Of a stretch of 64,000 nt of DNA, positions 29,391-38,921 are shown one piece after another. Position 1 is the stretch's first letter; each line of letters begins with the position of its first letter. A model generated the notes under the pieces. The model had not been told where the DNA came from. It saw only the letters and a list, made by a program, of their open reading frames with translations, and ran no database searches. The position numbers and the translations under genes were made by a program. This DNA is from an uncultured archaeon (GTDB taxonomy: Archaea > Asgardarchaeota > Lokiarchaeia > Sigyniarchaeales > SOKP01), in contig CAZALK010000010.1 in assembly GCA_964486045.1 (NCBI GenBank), positions 64,001-128,000 of the forward strand, given 5' to 3'.

Positions 29391-30563
29391 TTAAGTCCAG
29401 AACTCTCTTTTTCTTGGCAAACTTTTATCATAAATATTTATCATCTCTCTCATTAAGTCTGCTCCTAAACTGATTTGATCTCCTTTAACAGTATATTTTT
29501 TTTTAACTGGATCGTATTGGATGGAACCGGAATTAGAGACTGGTATGTTTAAGAATGGGGAATTTAAAATATCAGCAAGAAACTTGTTACTACCAGAAGT
29601 TATTCTTGATCTCCCCATTGTCCCATCCCCATCATAATAACCAAGTAGAAACGCTAACAATAGCTTCCGATGTTTAAAATGTGGTAGTCGTATATTTTTT
29701 GATTTCTTTTTTCCTACTATAAATCCATGAGAAATAAGATAGTTACAAAATTGAGTGTTAATTAATCTAATTCTTCGAAATACATGTATCTCACCTTCAG
29801 AAGTGATATATTTTTCAATACCGGGTTCATTGTTTATAATATCTAACCCAATAGAATCGGAAAACCTCTGCAGTAGAATGAAATCATCTTCTAGACACCC
29901 TACACCTAACCTATAATATGGTTCTCCTGCCTTATTTATACTATGTAATCTAATATATGCCTCAGCAAACAACCAACCTAACCAATATGCTTTTTCATTT
30001 GTATCAATTTTTTTAAAATAATCAAGTTTTAGATTAGGGTGCTGCTCTAATATACCATTTGAACCACGAGCATATAGCTTAAGTTTATTATAATTTTTAT
30101 AATTTTTAATGATAGTTCTAATATTATTCTTTACTGAATCAATCTTATCTATTAATTTTGAATCCGATTCTTTTAATATCCAATAATTAAAAGATTTTAT
30201 AAGGATATTTTCAATTTTCGTTAATAAATTTAAGCCTAATTGCTTTCCTTTTTGACTTTTTTGACATTTGTATCTAATATAATAAGGTTTTAAACCAAGC
30301 AACAGACTAAAGAATGCTGTATTTTCATTTGCTTTTCTGATACAAAAACAAGGATTTGGAATGAAAAATATTTGTTTTTTAATTGCTTTGAAAAGAGCAG
30401 TAGCATCAACAATTTTTTGTTCTTCTTCATCATTAGTAATAGTGATTCCAAAATCATCTTCAAAATTATTTATTCCACATTCTGGATTTATATTATAATC
30501 TTTACCTTTAAGCCTTACATCCTGCCTACAACTTAAGTCGTCTTTATTGTTTTTTTCGCTCAT
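29391..30563 (-). CDS. Free-standing two-motif LAGLIDADG endonuclease-like protein
   Basis: AYWLGWLFAEAYI and LAFLLGYYDGDGT motifs; ~180 aa N-terminal extension. Confidence 0.85.
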   Translation of the reverse strand: MSEKNNKDDLSCRQDVRLKGKDYNINPECGINNFEDDFGITITNDEEEQKIVDATALFKAIKKQIFFIPNPCFCIRKANENTAFFSLLLGLKPYYIRYKCQKSQKGKQLGLNLLTKIENILIKSFNYWILKESDSKLIDKIDSVKNNIRTIIKNYKNYNKLKLYARGSNGILEQHPNLKLDYFKKIDTNEKAYWLGWLFAEAYIRLHSINKAGEPYYRLGVGCLEDDFILLQRFSDSIGLDIINNEPGIEKYITSEGEIHVFRRIRLINTQFCNYLISHGFIVGKKKSKNIRLPHFKHRKLLLAFLLGYYDGDGTMGRSRITSGSNKFLADILNSPFLNIPVSNSGSIQYDPVKKKYTVKGDQISLGADLMREMINIYDKSLPRKREFWT

Positions 30564-30855
30564 AATATATCAGTCTCAATCAAGTGAATTTTACTGCTTC
30601 CTACCATGCCGTTTATTCATCAATTACAATTTTTTTTTTTATAATCGGCATTATTCAATATTTTTTATAAATTTTCTATAAAAATACAAATATTTTCATT
30701 CTGTTCAACTATATAAAAATTTATGCTTATAAATTTTACGGAATATTTATAAAGGAAGAATTTATAAGAGGATTTCAATAGTATATATAAAGGCAAAATC
30801 GTTAGGTTGAAAAAGGCAAAAATTTATAAACATAGATACTTATTTAACACCTTAC

Positions 30856-30930
30856 ACTACTATTAACTATTCTGAATGAATACCTAATACTACTATTAAC
30901 ATTTTTGGATGAATACCTGATATTACTATA
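30856..30930 (+). repeat. 33-bp tandem repeat, two full copies plus a partial third
   Basis: actactattaactattctgaatgaatacctaat / actactattaacatttttggatgaatacctgat (28/33), then attactata. Confidence 0.75.
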
Positions 30931-31261
30931 ATGTTTTATGACTCCGGTTTAGATTTGGTAAGTTAACTTATTCTTTTTGTTTAATCTTTATAAAAATCTC
31001 TCATTCAGAATTGAAGACTTTTGATGATGTCAATTTTTTTCCTTTAGTTTATGATTTTTATCACATTATATGATATGGGTTTTAAAAATGAAGAAAAAGA
31101 CTCAGTGTTTCATAGGTTTTAAATCATATAAAATATTCAAGAAAGATAAATTAGGAATCTAAGCAGAAAGTTGCTTATTCAATAAAAAAAACCCTTTCTA
31201 CAGGTAGCTCAAAATCATTAAAACTTATATTAAAGACACTTGGATGGTGTTATAATTAATT

Positions 31262-31942
31262 ATGAGTAATATTAATATTATTTTGAAGAGATGTAATGAA
31301 GTTATTAATCAAGCAGAAGATGTTATAAAAAAGAATGAGCCTAGGCGTGTAATATACATTATTACCTCAATACAAAATATACTTAATACAGTATATTCAG
31401 GTGAAGTTCCTGATTATTTGAATTATGAATATTTTATTGAACATGTTTTTCCAAAAATTTCAAGTCAGCCTGAATATATTTCAAAATATAAAAAAATAGA
31501 TAAACTTGTTGTTTACTTGGAAACATTTAAAGCCTTTAGAGATGACTTAGATAGTGGTTTAATTTCACACCTTTCTAATATTATATCTGTGGATATTTTT
31601 AGTAGTTTGATTGATCAAGCAACTCAACTTCGAGAAAATAATACTGAACCATTGAATCGAGCTGCATGTGTACTAACCAGAATAGTGTTGGAAGATACAT
31701 TATTAAGATTAAGTAGAAATAATAACCTCACACTTTCTAATGAAAAAGCCTCTATAGCTAATGACGAATTGAGGAAGAAAAACATCTATGGCCAGGCAAA
31801 GTGGAGAGAGATCCAATCATGGTTAGATATTGGAAATAAAGCTGCTCACCCTGATCCAGAGTTTATGACAATTAGCGAAATAGATATAGATAATATGATA
31901 AATAATGTGAGGAGATTTACTGAATTATATCTCCAGAATTAA
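31262..31942 (+). CDS. DUF4145/HEPN-like protein
   Basis: AACVLTRIVLEDTL...WLDIGNKAAH. Confidence 0.7.
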   Translation: MSNINIILKRCNEVINQAEDVIKKNEPRRVIYIITSIQNILNTVYSGEVPDYLNYEYFIEHVFPKISSQPEYISKYKKIDKLVVYLETFKAFRDDLDSGLISHLSNIISVDIFSSLIDQATQLRENNTEPLNRAACVLTRIVLEDTLLRLSRNNNLTLSNEKASIANDELRKKNIYGQAKWREIQSWLDIGNKAAHPDPEFMTISEIDIDNMINNVRRFTELYLQN

Positions 31943-32006
31943 TTTAAGAAAAACAATGAGATGATAATCTGTTATACTAATAAGGAAAACTCAATAATTT
32001 TCAAAA

Positions 32007-33119
32007 TTAAGAAACCGGTTTCCAGAGAATTCCTAATTTATCCGTATAACCTCTGACTTCTTGCATTTCTTGTGAAGTAGGTCGACGGTTTATCTCAGGA
32101 TATTCAAATGATTTCCACTGTGGACGATATTGAGACATTATGTTTACGACAGCCTTCGATAACTCTTTAGCTACATAATCCAAAATCGGTTTAGAGCAAC
32201 ATTCTATATGTTTGGGCATAACAAGATGACGGATGATAATTTCACCACTACCCTCATCATGCACCCGTTTATGATTTCTAGCAATGACATCGAAGTAGTT
32301 ATCAATACCAGAATATTTTTTGGCACATTGATTATTACCATACTTCCAATCTGGCAACCAAAAATCCATCAAATCAATAATGAGAGATAAAGCTTTATCA
32401 GTCAAATAAAAATTGGAGTTCCAAAGTTGTGTGATATTTGACTTCTGATAAAGTAAGTTTCCAATTATTGTATGAATATTTGGAATTGGGTCTCCTCCCA
32501 CATAATTAATATTTATTGCTCCTTTTTTGGCTAAATTATCTGCTATTACTGCTAATTGTTTGCTATCCACTTTTTGGGCTATGTCATCAATTTCCTTTTT
32601 ATTTTTCCATGCTTGTGAAATATCGTAATTTTGGCAGAAAACACACCCAAAATTGCAACCTTGAAAAAAAATTGTCCCACTGGGAATAAGGGGTGTTTCT
32701 TCTCCCATATGTAGAAATGCTGAAGAAATATATGAATCTTTACTTATTAAACAAAATCCTACTTGTCCATCAATCCTATTCGTTTCACATCGACGCTCAC
32801 AGTATATACAACTTTCAAGATATTTAATGGCTAGAGTTTCGATTAAATGGATATATGACCTAGGAGAAATTTTACGAGATTTAATTTCTTCGATGTTCTT
32901 TTTTAATAAATCATTAAACTCCCGTGATTTTTTTTTTAGTGTTATTTCAAGATTCTCAATCGAATCACTTGATTCATAATCACAATCAATAGTTTTAGCG
33001 ATTAAAAACCTTGCGATTTGTGAGCCATCAATAATCCCTCGATATCTTGAAAAGCGTTTAAGGATATCCTCATTTTGCCATACCGAATCAGAATCTGGTC
33101 TAATGATTCTAAAAACCAT
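32007..33119 (-). CDS. Radical SAM protein, PflX-like (pyruvate formate-lyase activating enzyme family)
   Basis: CIYCERRC, HMGEE, GCNFGCVFCQNYDIS, RHLVMP, NIMSQYRP. Confidence 0.9.
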   Translation of the reverse strand: MVFRIIRPDSDSVWQNEDILKRFSRYRGIIDGSQIARFLIAKTIDCDYESSDSIENLEITLKKKSREFNDLLKKNIEEIKSRKISPRSYIHLIETLAIKYLESCIYCERRCETNRIDGQVGFCLISKDSYISSAFLHMGEETPLIPSGTIFFQGCNFGCVFCQNYDISQAWKNKKEIDDIAQKVDSKQLAVIADNLAKKGAININYVGGDPIPNIHTIIGNLLYQKSNITQLWNSNFYLTDKALSLIIDLMDFWLPDWKYGNNQCAKKYSGIDNYFDVIARNHKRVHDEGSGEIIIRHLVMPKHIECCSKPILDYVAKELSKAVVNIMSQYRPQWKSFEYPEINRRPTSQEMQEVRGYTDKLGILWKPVS

Positions 33120-33144
33120 AATATGGGAAAAAAATCTTTGTTAA

Positions 33145-33876
33145 CTATCTTTCAAAAGATAACCATTCAATAATATTTGACAAAAATTTTAAATTGTCAC
33201 CAGAATCAAGTCCAAAATCACTGTCTTCCGTTATCCAATCAGATGAACCAATTGATACACATCTACCTTCATAAAAACGGGAAACCGCACAAATCGGGAC
33301 TGGCCCAATTGCTCCTAATTCTTCATCGATGTAATATTTAAATTCTGATTTTTGAGAAGTCACAATTATATCATCTACATCTTCCTCAGAAATTGTAAGG
33401 AAAGTACTGTTTGGGAATACTAACTCGGTAATCCCCTCAGTAATAGGATGATTGAACATTTCAGTAATTAAGACATTGTTTTTTTTAACTAAAAAATTAG
33501 ATGAAGATTCTTGTATCAAACCATTCCAAAATCTCCGAACACCTGTAACCTTATATAAGACCCTAATAGATCCTTTTTTCATGGATATATCTCTATCCCC
33601 TCCATCTCCACTAGTTAAAAAAATACTACTCCCCTCTCCTACAAATTTTTTAATTGCTCTCAATTCATCATGGGTGAATTTATCATCCTTTCCGTTAATA
33701 GTATGTTGAATATTTCCTATGAATAATATGTCAAAATCTTCAAGTTTTTCGAACTCAATTGGACCTTCATTTTTATCAATATATTCTATTTCATAACCGT
33801 CATCTCCTAAGGAAAATTCGGGGAATTCTTCAATTTTCTCCTTATGAGATAAATCTACTATTATATGGGATGACAT
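33145..33876 (-). CDS. GIFT-domain protein (IFT52 N-terminal/GldG-like)
   Basis: KFTHDELRAIKKFVGEGSSIFLTSGDGG, HPITEGI, GRCVSIGSS...DNLKFLSNIIEWL. Confidence 0.65.
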   Translation of the reverse strand: MSSHIIVDLSHKEKIEEFPEFSLGDDGYEIEYIDKNEGPIEFEKLEDFDILFIGNIQHTINGKDDKFTHDELRAIKKFVGEGSSIFLTSGDGGDRDISMKKGSIRVLYKVTGVRRFWNGLIQESSSNFLVKKNNVLITEMFNHPITEGITELVFPNSTFLTISEEDVDDIIVTSQKSEFKYYIDEELGAIGPVPICAVSRFYEGRCVSIGSSDWITEDSDFGLDSGDNLKFLSNIIEWLSFER

Positions 33877-34082
33877 TGTAATATTACGGGATTAAAGCAA
33901 GGTTTTTCTATGTTAAGATAAAATAATTACTTTAATAAACGTATGTAATTTTTATAAATTTTATCTATTATAATTCTATTTCTTAATTTTCTCTTTTAAA
34001 TTTTATTAAAAAAGAAATAGAGAACGTAAAATTTAAATAATAGGAGAACGAGTTCATTTAGATTAAATAATTTAAATTGGAT

Positions 34083-34769
34083 TTATATAGGGATAAATTC
34101 GCGCTCTACAGGACCTTCTTTTTTGATGATAACAATATCAATCCCATTACCACTGAACATATCTCGAATAATGCTAGATGTAACAGCTTTTCTAATGATT
34201 TGTTTACCCACTTCTACAGATAAATTATCCTTATATTTCGCTTCTAAAACACCATAAGAAAAATTTTGTCCACTTCCAATTGCACAATATTTTTCATTTA
34301 AAATGGAACCATAAGATCCGATGCTTAGAATTGTTGGACCTTCTCTTTCAGTTAATCCTCCTAACATTAACCCTACTTGAAAGGGAAACATCTTATTAGA
34401 ATATAATATGTTTGATAACATTTTTCCAGCAGATTTTACCAAAATTTTTTTATTTTCATGGTTTAACTGGAACATTGTAGTTTCTGCACGTAACACATCT
34501 GCAAGATATTGAGCATCCGCTGGTGAACCTGCTATAGTCATCCATATATGATCTTGAATTTTTAAAACTTTTTCCGCAGTTTTACTTGCTACAAAATAAC
34601 CCATCGATGCTCTTTTATCTGTTCCGAAAATAACTGCATCTTTACAAGTCAAACCTACTGTCGTTGTTCCAGTTTTCAAGCGGTTTGCAGTAATATTCTT
34701 TTCTATTTTTTGGGTCCTCTTAATTTCAAATCCAAATTTAGAAGAGTTTAATTTTTCTTCATTTCTCAT
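34083..34769 (-). CDS. psmB: Proteasome beta subunit
   Basis: Propeptide then KTG|TTTVG, DKRAS, GSG, IRDMFSG. Confidence 0.95.
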   Translation of the reverse strand: MRNEEKLNSSKFGFEIKRTQKIEKNITANRLKTGTTTVGLTCKDAVIFGTDKRASMGYFVASKTAEKVLKIQDHIWMTIAGSPADAQYLADVLRAETTMFQLNHENKKILVKSAGKMLSNILYSNKMFPFQVGLMLGGLTEREGPTILSIGSYGSILNEKYCAIGSGQNFSYGVLEAKYKDNLSVEVGKQIIRKAVTSSIIRDMFSGNGIDIVIIKKEGPVEREFIPI

Positions 34770-34984
34770 ATGGTCATTTAAGGAGTTATAATTTAATAAA
34801 TTTCTTCTAATTTAATATAAACATTGGATGATCAAACCAAGAAAATTTATCAGAAATAATTAATAAATATTGAGATGATTTTATTAGTATCTACATCAAC
34901 CAAATTATTAACTAAGGAATTCTCAATAAGAGTCTAAATGTTAAAAACAATACTTTTAAAACAATTTTAAATAATCTTTTTTAA

Positions 34985-35917
34985 ATGGTTGAATTTATCG
35001 GGTTAGTTTTTACAACTTATGCTGTATTCACATGGGCAATAGTTTCACTTGTTTATAAAACAGGATTAGAGAAAACTGACCCAAAAGCAAATTTATTTTT
35101 TAGATTATGTTGTGTCTCAATTGGTTCACTTTTTTTCTCTCTAATTTTCGGAAATTTTCTAATTTTTAGTAGCATGAATAATTCTGAATTGGGATTATAT
35201 CTATTAGCGTGTCTTATATCAGGAATTAGCGTCACAATTGGGGATTTACTGTATTATTTCTCATTAAAGAAAATAGATGCCTCCCGTGCGTATCCTCTCG
35301 TCCAGCTCTCACTTATTTTTGTGTTTCCATTTAGTGTCTTTTTATTTGGTGAAGAATTGAAACTTTCAGTATTATTTGGAGGTTTATTATTCTTAACTAG
35401 TGTTTTTATACTAAGTTCTAAGGATAAAAACGAAATCGAGACTAACGGAAGTTTAAAAAAAAAAGAAGCTGAAAATGTTATTATTGGAGCCGTGTTCGCT
35501 GTATGTGCTGCCTTTCTTTGGGCTGTAGCGATTATTTCTTTTAATCAAGCAAGAATTATTTCGAATGATGTATTCGTAACAAATTTCTTAAGAGTGGCTA
35601 TGGCAACAATTTTATTCCTTATATTAGGAATATTCAAGCCTGTTTATTTTTCGGGTTTTAAAAAGGAAAGTCGAGGAAATTTAAAATATTTTATATATAT
35701 AGGAATCGCAGGCATAATTTCTTTAGGATTGGCAGATTCATTATTTTATAAAGCAGCAGAAATCAATGGGTTAATTCTAACAACAGCTATTACAATTAAT
35801 ACACCTTTCGTAAATTTTTGTTTCTCAATTTTAATTTTAAAAGAAAAGTTTCGCAAGAGGTTTCTAGTTGCGGTTGGGTTGATAATTTTAGGTAACTATG
35901 TCATATTATTCATTTAA
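34985..35917 (+). CDS. EamA/DMT family transporter
   Basis: 10 TM helices in two repeats; SLKKIDASRAYP, LFGEEL, ILKEK. Confidence 0.88.
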   Translation: MVEFIGLVFTTYAVFTWAIVSLVYKTGLEKTDPKANLFFRLCCVSIGSLFFSLIFGNFLIFSSMNNSELGLYLLACLISGISVTIGDLLYYFSLKKIDASRAYPLVQLSLIFVFPFSVFLFGEELKLSVLFGGLLFLTSVFILSSKDKNEIETNGSLKKKEAENVIIGAVFAVCAAFLWAVAIISFNQARIISNDVFVTNFLRVAMATILFLILGIFKPVYFSGFKKESRGNLKYFIYIGIAGIISLGLADSLFYKAAEINGLILTTAITINTPFVNFCFSILILKEKFRKRFLVAVGLIILGNYVILFI

Positions 35918-36074
35918 TTCTATTAAAAATAATTATACTTTAACTCTTGCTCAGAAAGCTATTTAAATCAAAGTCAAAAATAATAAAAAATAAACAACAA
36001 CAAATAAAAATGAAAGAAATAATTTAATTATTTAATTAGATTAGCACAAAATTAAAATTCTAGATGAAAATAAT

Positions 36075-36755
36075 ATGATGTTATTCTTACATAAGGATAA
36101 AATTCGAGCAGACAGCTATATTACAGGTTTTTATGTTTTAGGCTATGTACTTTTTTTTGTGTTCTTTAGATTAGAAGTGATAATGTCATTGATAGTTTAT
36201 CCTTTCATAGCATTATTTTTTTATGGTATAATAAAAATAATTGATGGGACCAACAAAAGAAACAGAGGAAATATGAAAAATCTCAACAGAGTTTTATTTG
36301 GATTATCTTTAATAGCCTTTTCAATAGTATTCCTTAACTTTTTTCTTAGATTACCTAACGTATCTTTTCAAAATACAATCCATTTAGCTGCCTATCCAAT
36401 TCTTATTGTAGGAGTTTCAAGCATAATTAAAGGGAGTTTAATTGAAGTTTATTCAATAAAGTTTCGGTATATTAATATCCTGATTGGAGGAGTATCGATA
36501 GTAATCTGTATGCTAGCCTTCCTCTCTTCTCGTATATTTCCACCTATTCTTAATATTTTTCACGTATTTTCTCTCACTATTATTCTCATAGTTAATATTG
36601 TAAGCAGAGCCGCGCTATATTTAAGCGAGTACAATTTATCGGTTTTGAATTTCAGAAATTTTAAACTCTTCTTCTATATAATCTCTGATTACTTTATTTA
36701 TATAAACAAGGATGGGAATATTGTTTTGAATAAACTGGCACAAAATATAAAATAA
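36075..36755 (+). CDS. Hypothetical multi-pass membrane protein
   Basis: About 6 hydrophobic segments. Confidence 0.7.
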   Translation: MMLFLHKDKIRADSYITGFYVLGYVLFFVFFRLEVIMSLIVYPFIALFFYGIIKIIDGTNKRNRGNMKNLNRVLFGLSLIAFSIVFLNFFLRLPNVSFQNTIHLAAYPILIVGVSSIIKGSLIEVYSIKFRYINILIGGVSIVICMLAFLSSRIFPPILNIFHVFSLTIILIVNIVSRAALYLSEYNLSVLNFRNFKLFFYIISDYFIYINKDGNIVLNKLAQNIK

Positions 36756-36781
36756 AATTCAACCCATAGACTTAAAATTAT

Positions 36782-37972
36782 TTAAGATAGTGCATTTTCA
36801 ATACGATCCATTCCCTTTATGATATTTTCACGAGAGATACAATAAGAAAAGCGAATATATTCTTCTTTTTCCTCGGGAATTTTTTTTCCAAAGTATGTTC
36901 GGGAAAGAACTGCGACATCCAAATTTTCTAAAAAATATTCTTGCAGTTCTAAACTGTTTTTAAGGTTCAATTTCTTACAAGCTCCTGTGACATTAGCAAA
37001 TATATAAAAAGCTCCTTTAGGTAAGACAGCTGTGATTCCGTCTATTCTATTTAATCTTTTATGAATAAGATCCCTCCGTCTTTTAAACTCTTTTATCATG
37101 GAAATTGAAGGTGCTTTATCCCCGGTAATAGCAGTGGTTCCTGCCATTTGTGTAAATGTTGCTGTGCAAGAAATTGTGTTTGTTAACCATCGTGCAAAAT
37201 ATGCAGCTAAATCTTCATTAACAATAGCATACCCTAATCTCCATCCAGTCATAGAAAAGAACTTACTAAATCCGTCTAAGATTATGGTTCTCTCTAACAT
37301 CTCTGGTAGAATGGCTATAGTTTTATAATTAATATTATCATACACAATATTAGAATAAATCTCATCAGAAAGAATCCATAGATCATTTTCTACAGCAATC
37401 TTGGCTAAAATCTCTAAATTTTTTTGATTGAGTACAGATCCTGTTGGGTTTTGGGGGCTGTTGATGATAATCAATTTTGTTTTGTCAGAGATTTTGTCTA
37501 ATAGACCTTCAATATTATAGTTCCATTCTTCACTTTCTAGTAATTGTGCAGATATAGCCTTACACCCGTGAACATTTATTAAACTCTCATAAATTGGATA
37601 TCCAGGGTTCGGATATATTACCTCATCTCCCGGATTTGTGCACGATAATATGGTTAAATCCACAACAAATTTAGCACTAGGTAAAACTACAACATTTTTA
37701 GATGTAACATTTAATCCTCTGTTTTCATTCATGAACTCAGCAATTCCACTCCTTAACTCAGGAATTCCAGCAGATATTGAATAATGTGTGAAATTCTTCT
37801 TAATTGCTTCAATACCTGCTTTTTTAATATGTTTTGGTGTATCGAAATCGGGTTCACCAATTGAGAATGAGATTATATTTTTTTTCCTTCTTTCTGGAAA
37901 ACTTTGAATACGACTTAACACCTCAAAAGCAGTTTCAGTACCTAGCCGATTTAACCTTTCAGCATAATTCAT
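36782..37972 (-). CDS. PLP-dependent aminotransferase, class I (aspartate aminotransferase-like)
   Basis: GEPDFDTP, NSPQNPTG, SDEIY, GFSKFFSMTGWRLG. Confidence 0.95.
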   Translation of the reverse strand: MNYAERLNRLGTETAFEVLSRIQSFPERRKKNIISFSIGEPDFDTPKHIKKAGIEAIKKNFTHYSISAGIPELRSGIAEFMNENRGLNVTSKNVVVLPSAKFVVDLTILSCTNPGDEVIYPNPGYPIYESLINVHGCKAISAQLLESEEWNYNIEGLLDKISDKTKLIIINSPQNPTGSVLNQKNLEILAKIAVENDLWILSDEIYSNIVYDNINYKTIAILPEMLERTIILDGFSKFFSMTGWRLGYAIVNEDLAAYFARWLTNTISCTATFTQMAGTTAITGDKAPSISMIKEFKRRRDLIHKRLNRIDGITAVLPKGAFYIFANVTGACKKLNLKNSLELQEYFLENLDVAVLSRTYFGKKIPEEKEEYIRFSYCISRENIIKGMDRIENALS

Positions 37973-38170
37973 TTTAAGATCAAGTTACCCTTTTTTAGTT
38001 CCTTTTTCCTATTTAACAGAAAAGATTTAGTGTTATTTAATGTTTTATAAAGAAATGACTACGGGGAAAGATATCCCATAAAATTAAGTGAAGTAGTTGT
38101 TCAATCAGACCCTAAGATGAATTTCCCGAATTAATTAATTAGATGGTTTTTTCAGAAGGAGTTAAGAAAA

Positions 38171-38746
38171 TTAAGGATTTGTTATCTGTTCAATTTTTAG
38201 CAAGTTTCTTTTAAGACTTAGTTGCCAGCCCTTATCAGATTCTCCCATAAAACCTCCAAGATCACCATTCTTTTTTATTACACGATGACAGGGAATAATT
38301 AGGGGTAATGGGTTTCTTCTTAATATATTTCCAATAGCTCTATATGCCTTAGAGCCCATTTTGCTTCCGATTTCGAAGTATGTGGTGATTTCACCCCTAT
38401 TTAAGTTCATTAAATTATTAATAACTTTTTGAGAAAAATCGGTTGGAAATTTATTGTATATGTCTAAATCAATGTTTAAATTGTTTGAATAATCATATAG
38501 ATTAATATTTTTACCAGATAAAAAATTAAGGATTACCTCATGCAACTCTTGAAGCCCGGAATAATTTATGAGATCTTTTTCAGGGACTAATTCATAGCCC
38601 ATTCTTTTAATATAATCAATTGCTTGTATTTCTTTTTCAAAAAATTTAACTTCATCTAACTTTATTTTTTGCTCTTTAGCTTTGAATTCAAAGGATATTA
38701 AAATGGTAGCTTTTAATTGCTCTGATTTGATATAAGTTGATAACAT
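38171..38746 (-). CDS. ogt: Methylated-DNA-protein-cysteine methyltransferase
   Basis: RAIGNIL-x2-NPLPLIIPCHRVI. Confidence 0.93.
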   Translation of the reverse strand: MLSTYIKSEQLKATILISFEFKAKEQKIKLDEVKFFEKEIQAIDYIKRMGYELVPEKDLINYSGLQELHEVILNFLSGKNINLYDYSNNLNIDLDIYNKFPTDFSQKVINNLMNLNRGEITTYFEIGSKMGSKAYRAIGNILRRNPLPLIIPCHRVIKKNGDLGGFMGESDKGWQLSLKRNLLKIEQITNP

Positions 38747-38921
38747 AATTTTTACTTCTTAAAATAATATTTAAGCCTAATAATTTTTTCTCATTTCGAA
38801 AATTATTTAAAATTAATCTCTCTTAATAGTTATAGATTTCTACTAAAAAAATAACTTATGTTAATATTAATAACTTAAACCAATTAATTTTTAGTATACA
38901 AAACTTATAGGTAAAAAACCA

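Larger units (their letters stand above)
29244..32129. mobile_element. Islet 1: LAGLIDADG and DUF4145/HEPN cargo between duplicated radical-SAM 3' ends
   Basis: Direct diverged duplication 29244..29366 / 32007..32129; no integrase or transposase inside. Confidence 0.7.

Noticed and set aside
29391-30563. LAGLIDADG ORF as an intein or intron-encoded protein
   Set aside because: No intein splicing motifs (N-terminal Cys/Ser, C-terminal His-Asn), it is not in frame with a host gene, and the host gene is already complete without splicing.
30856-30930. Possible CRISPR array
   Set aside because: The units are contiguous with no unique spacers, there are only about 2.3 copies, and no cas genes are present.
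38050-38170. Possible structured RNA or SECIS between ogt and the aminotransferase (ATGACTAC...GTAGTTGT pairing)
   Set aside because: The pairing is short, matches no family I recognise, and no adjacent gene has an in-frame UGA.
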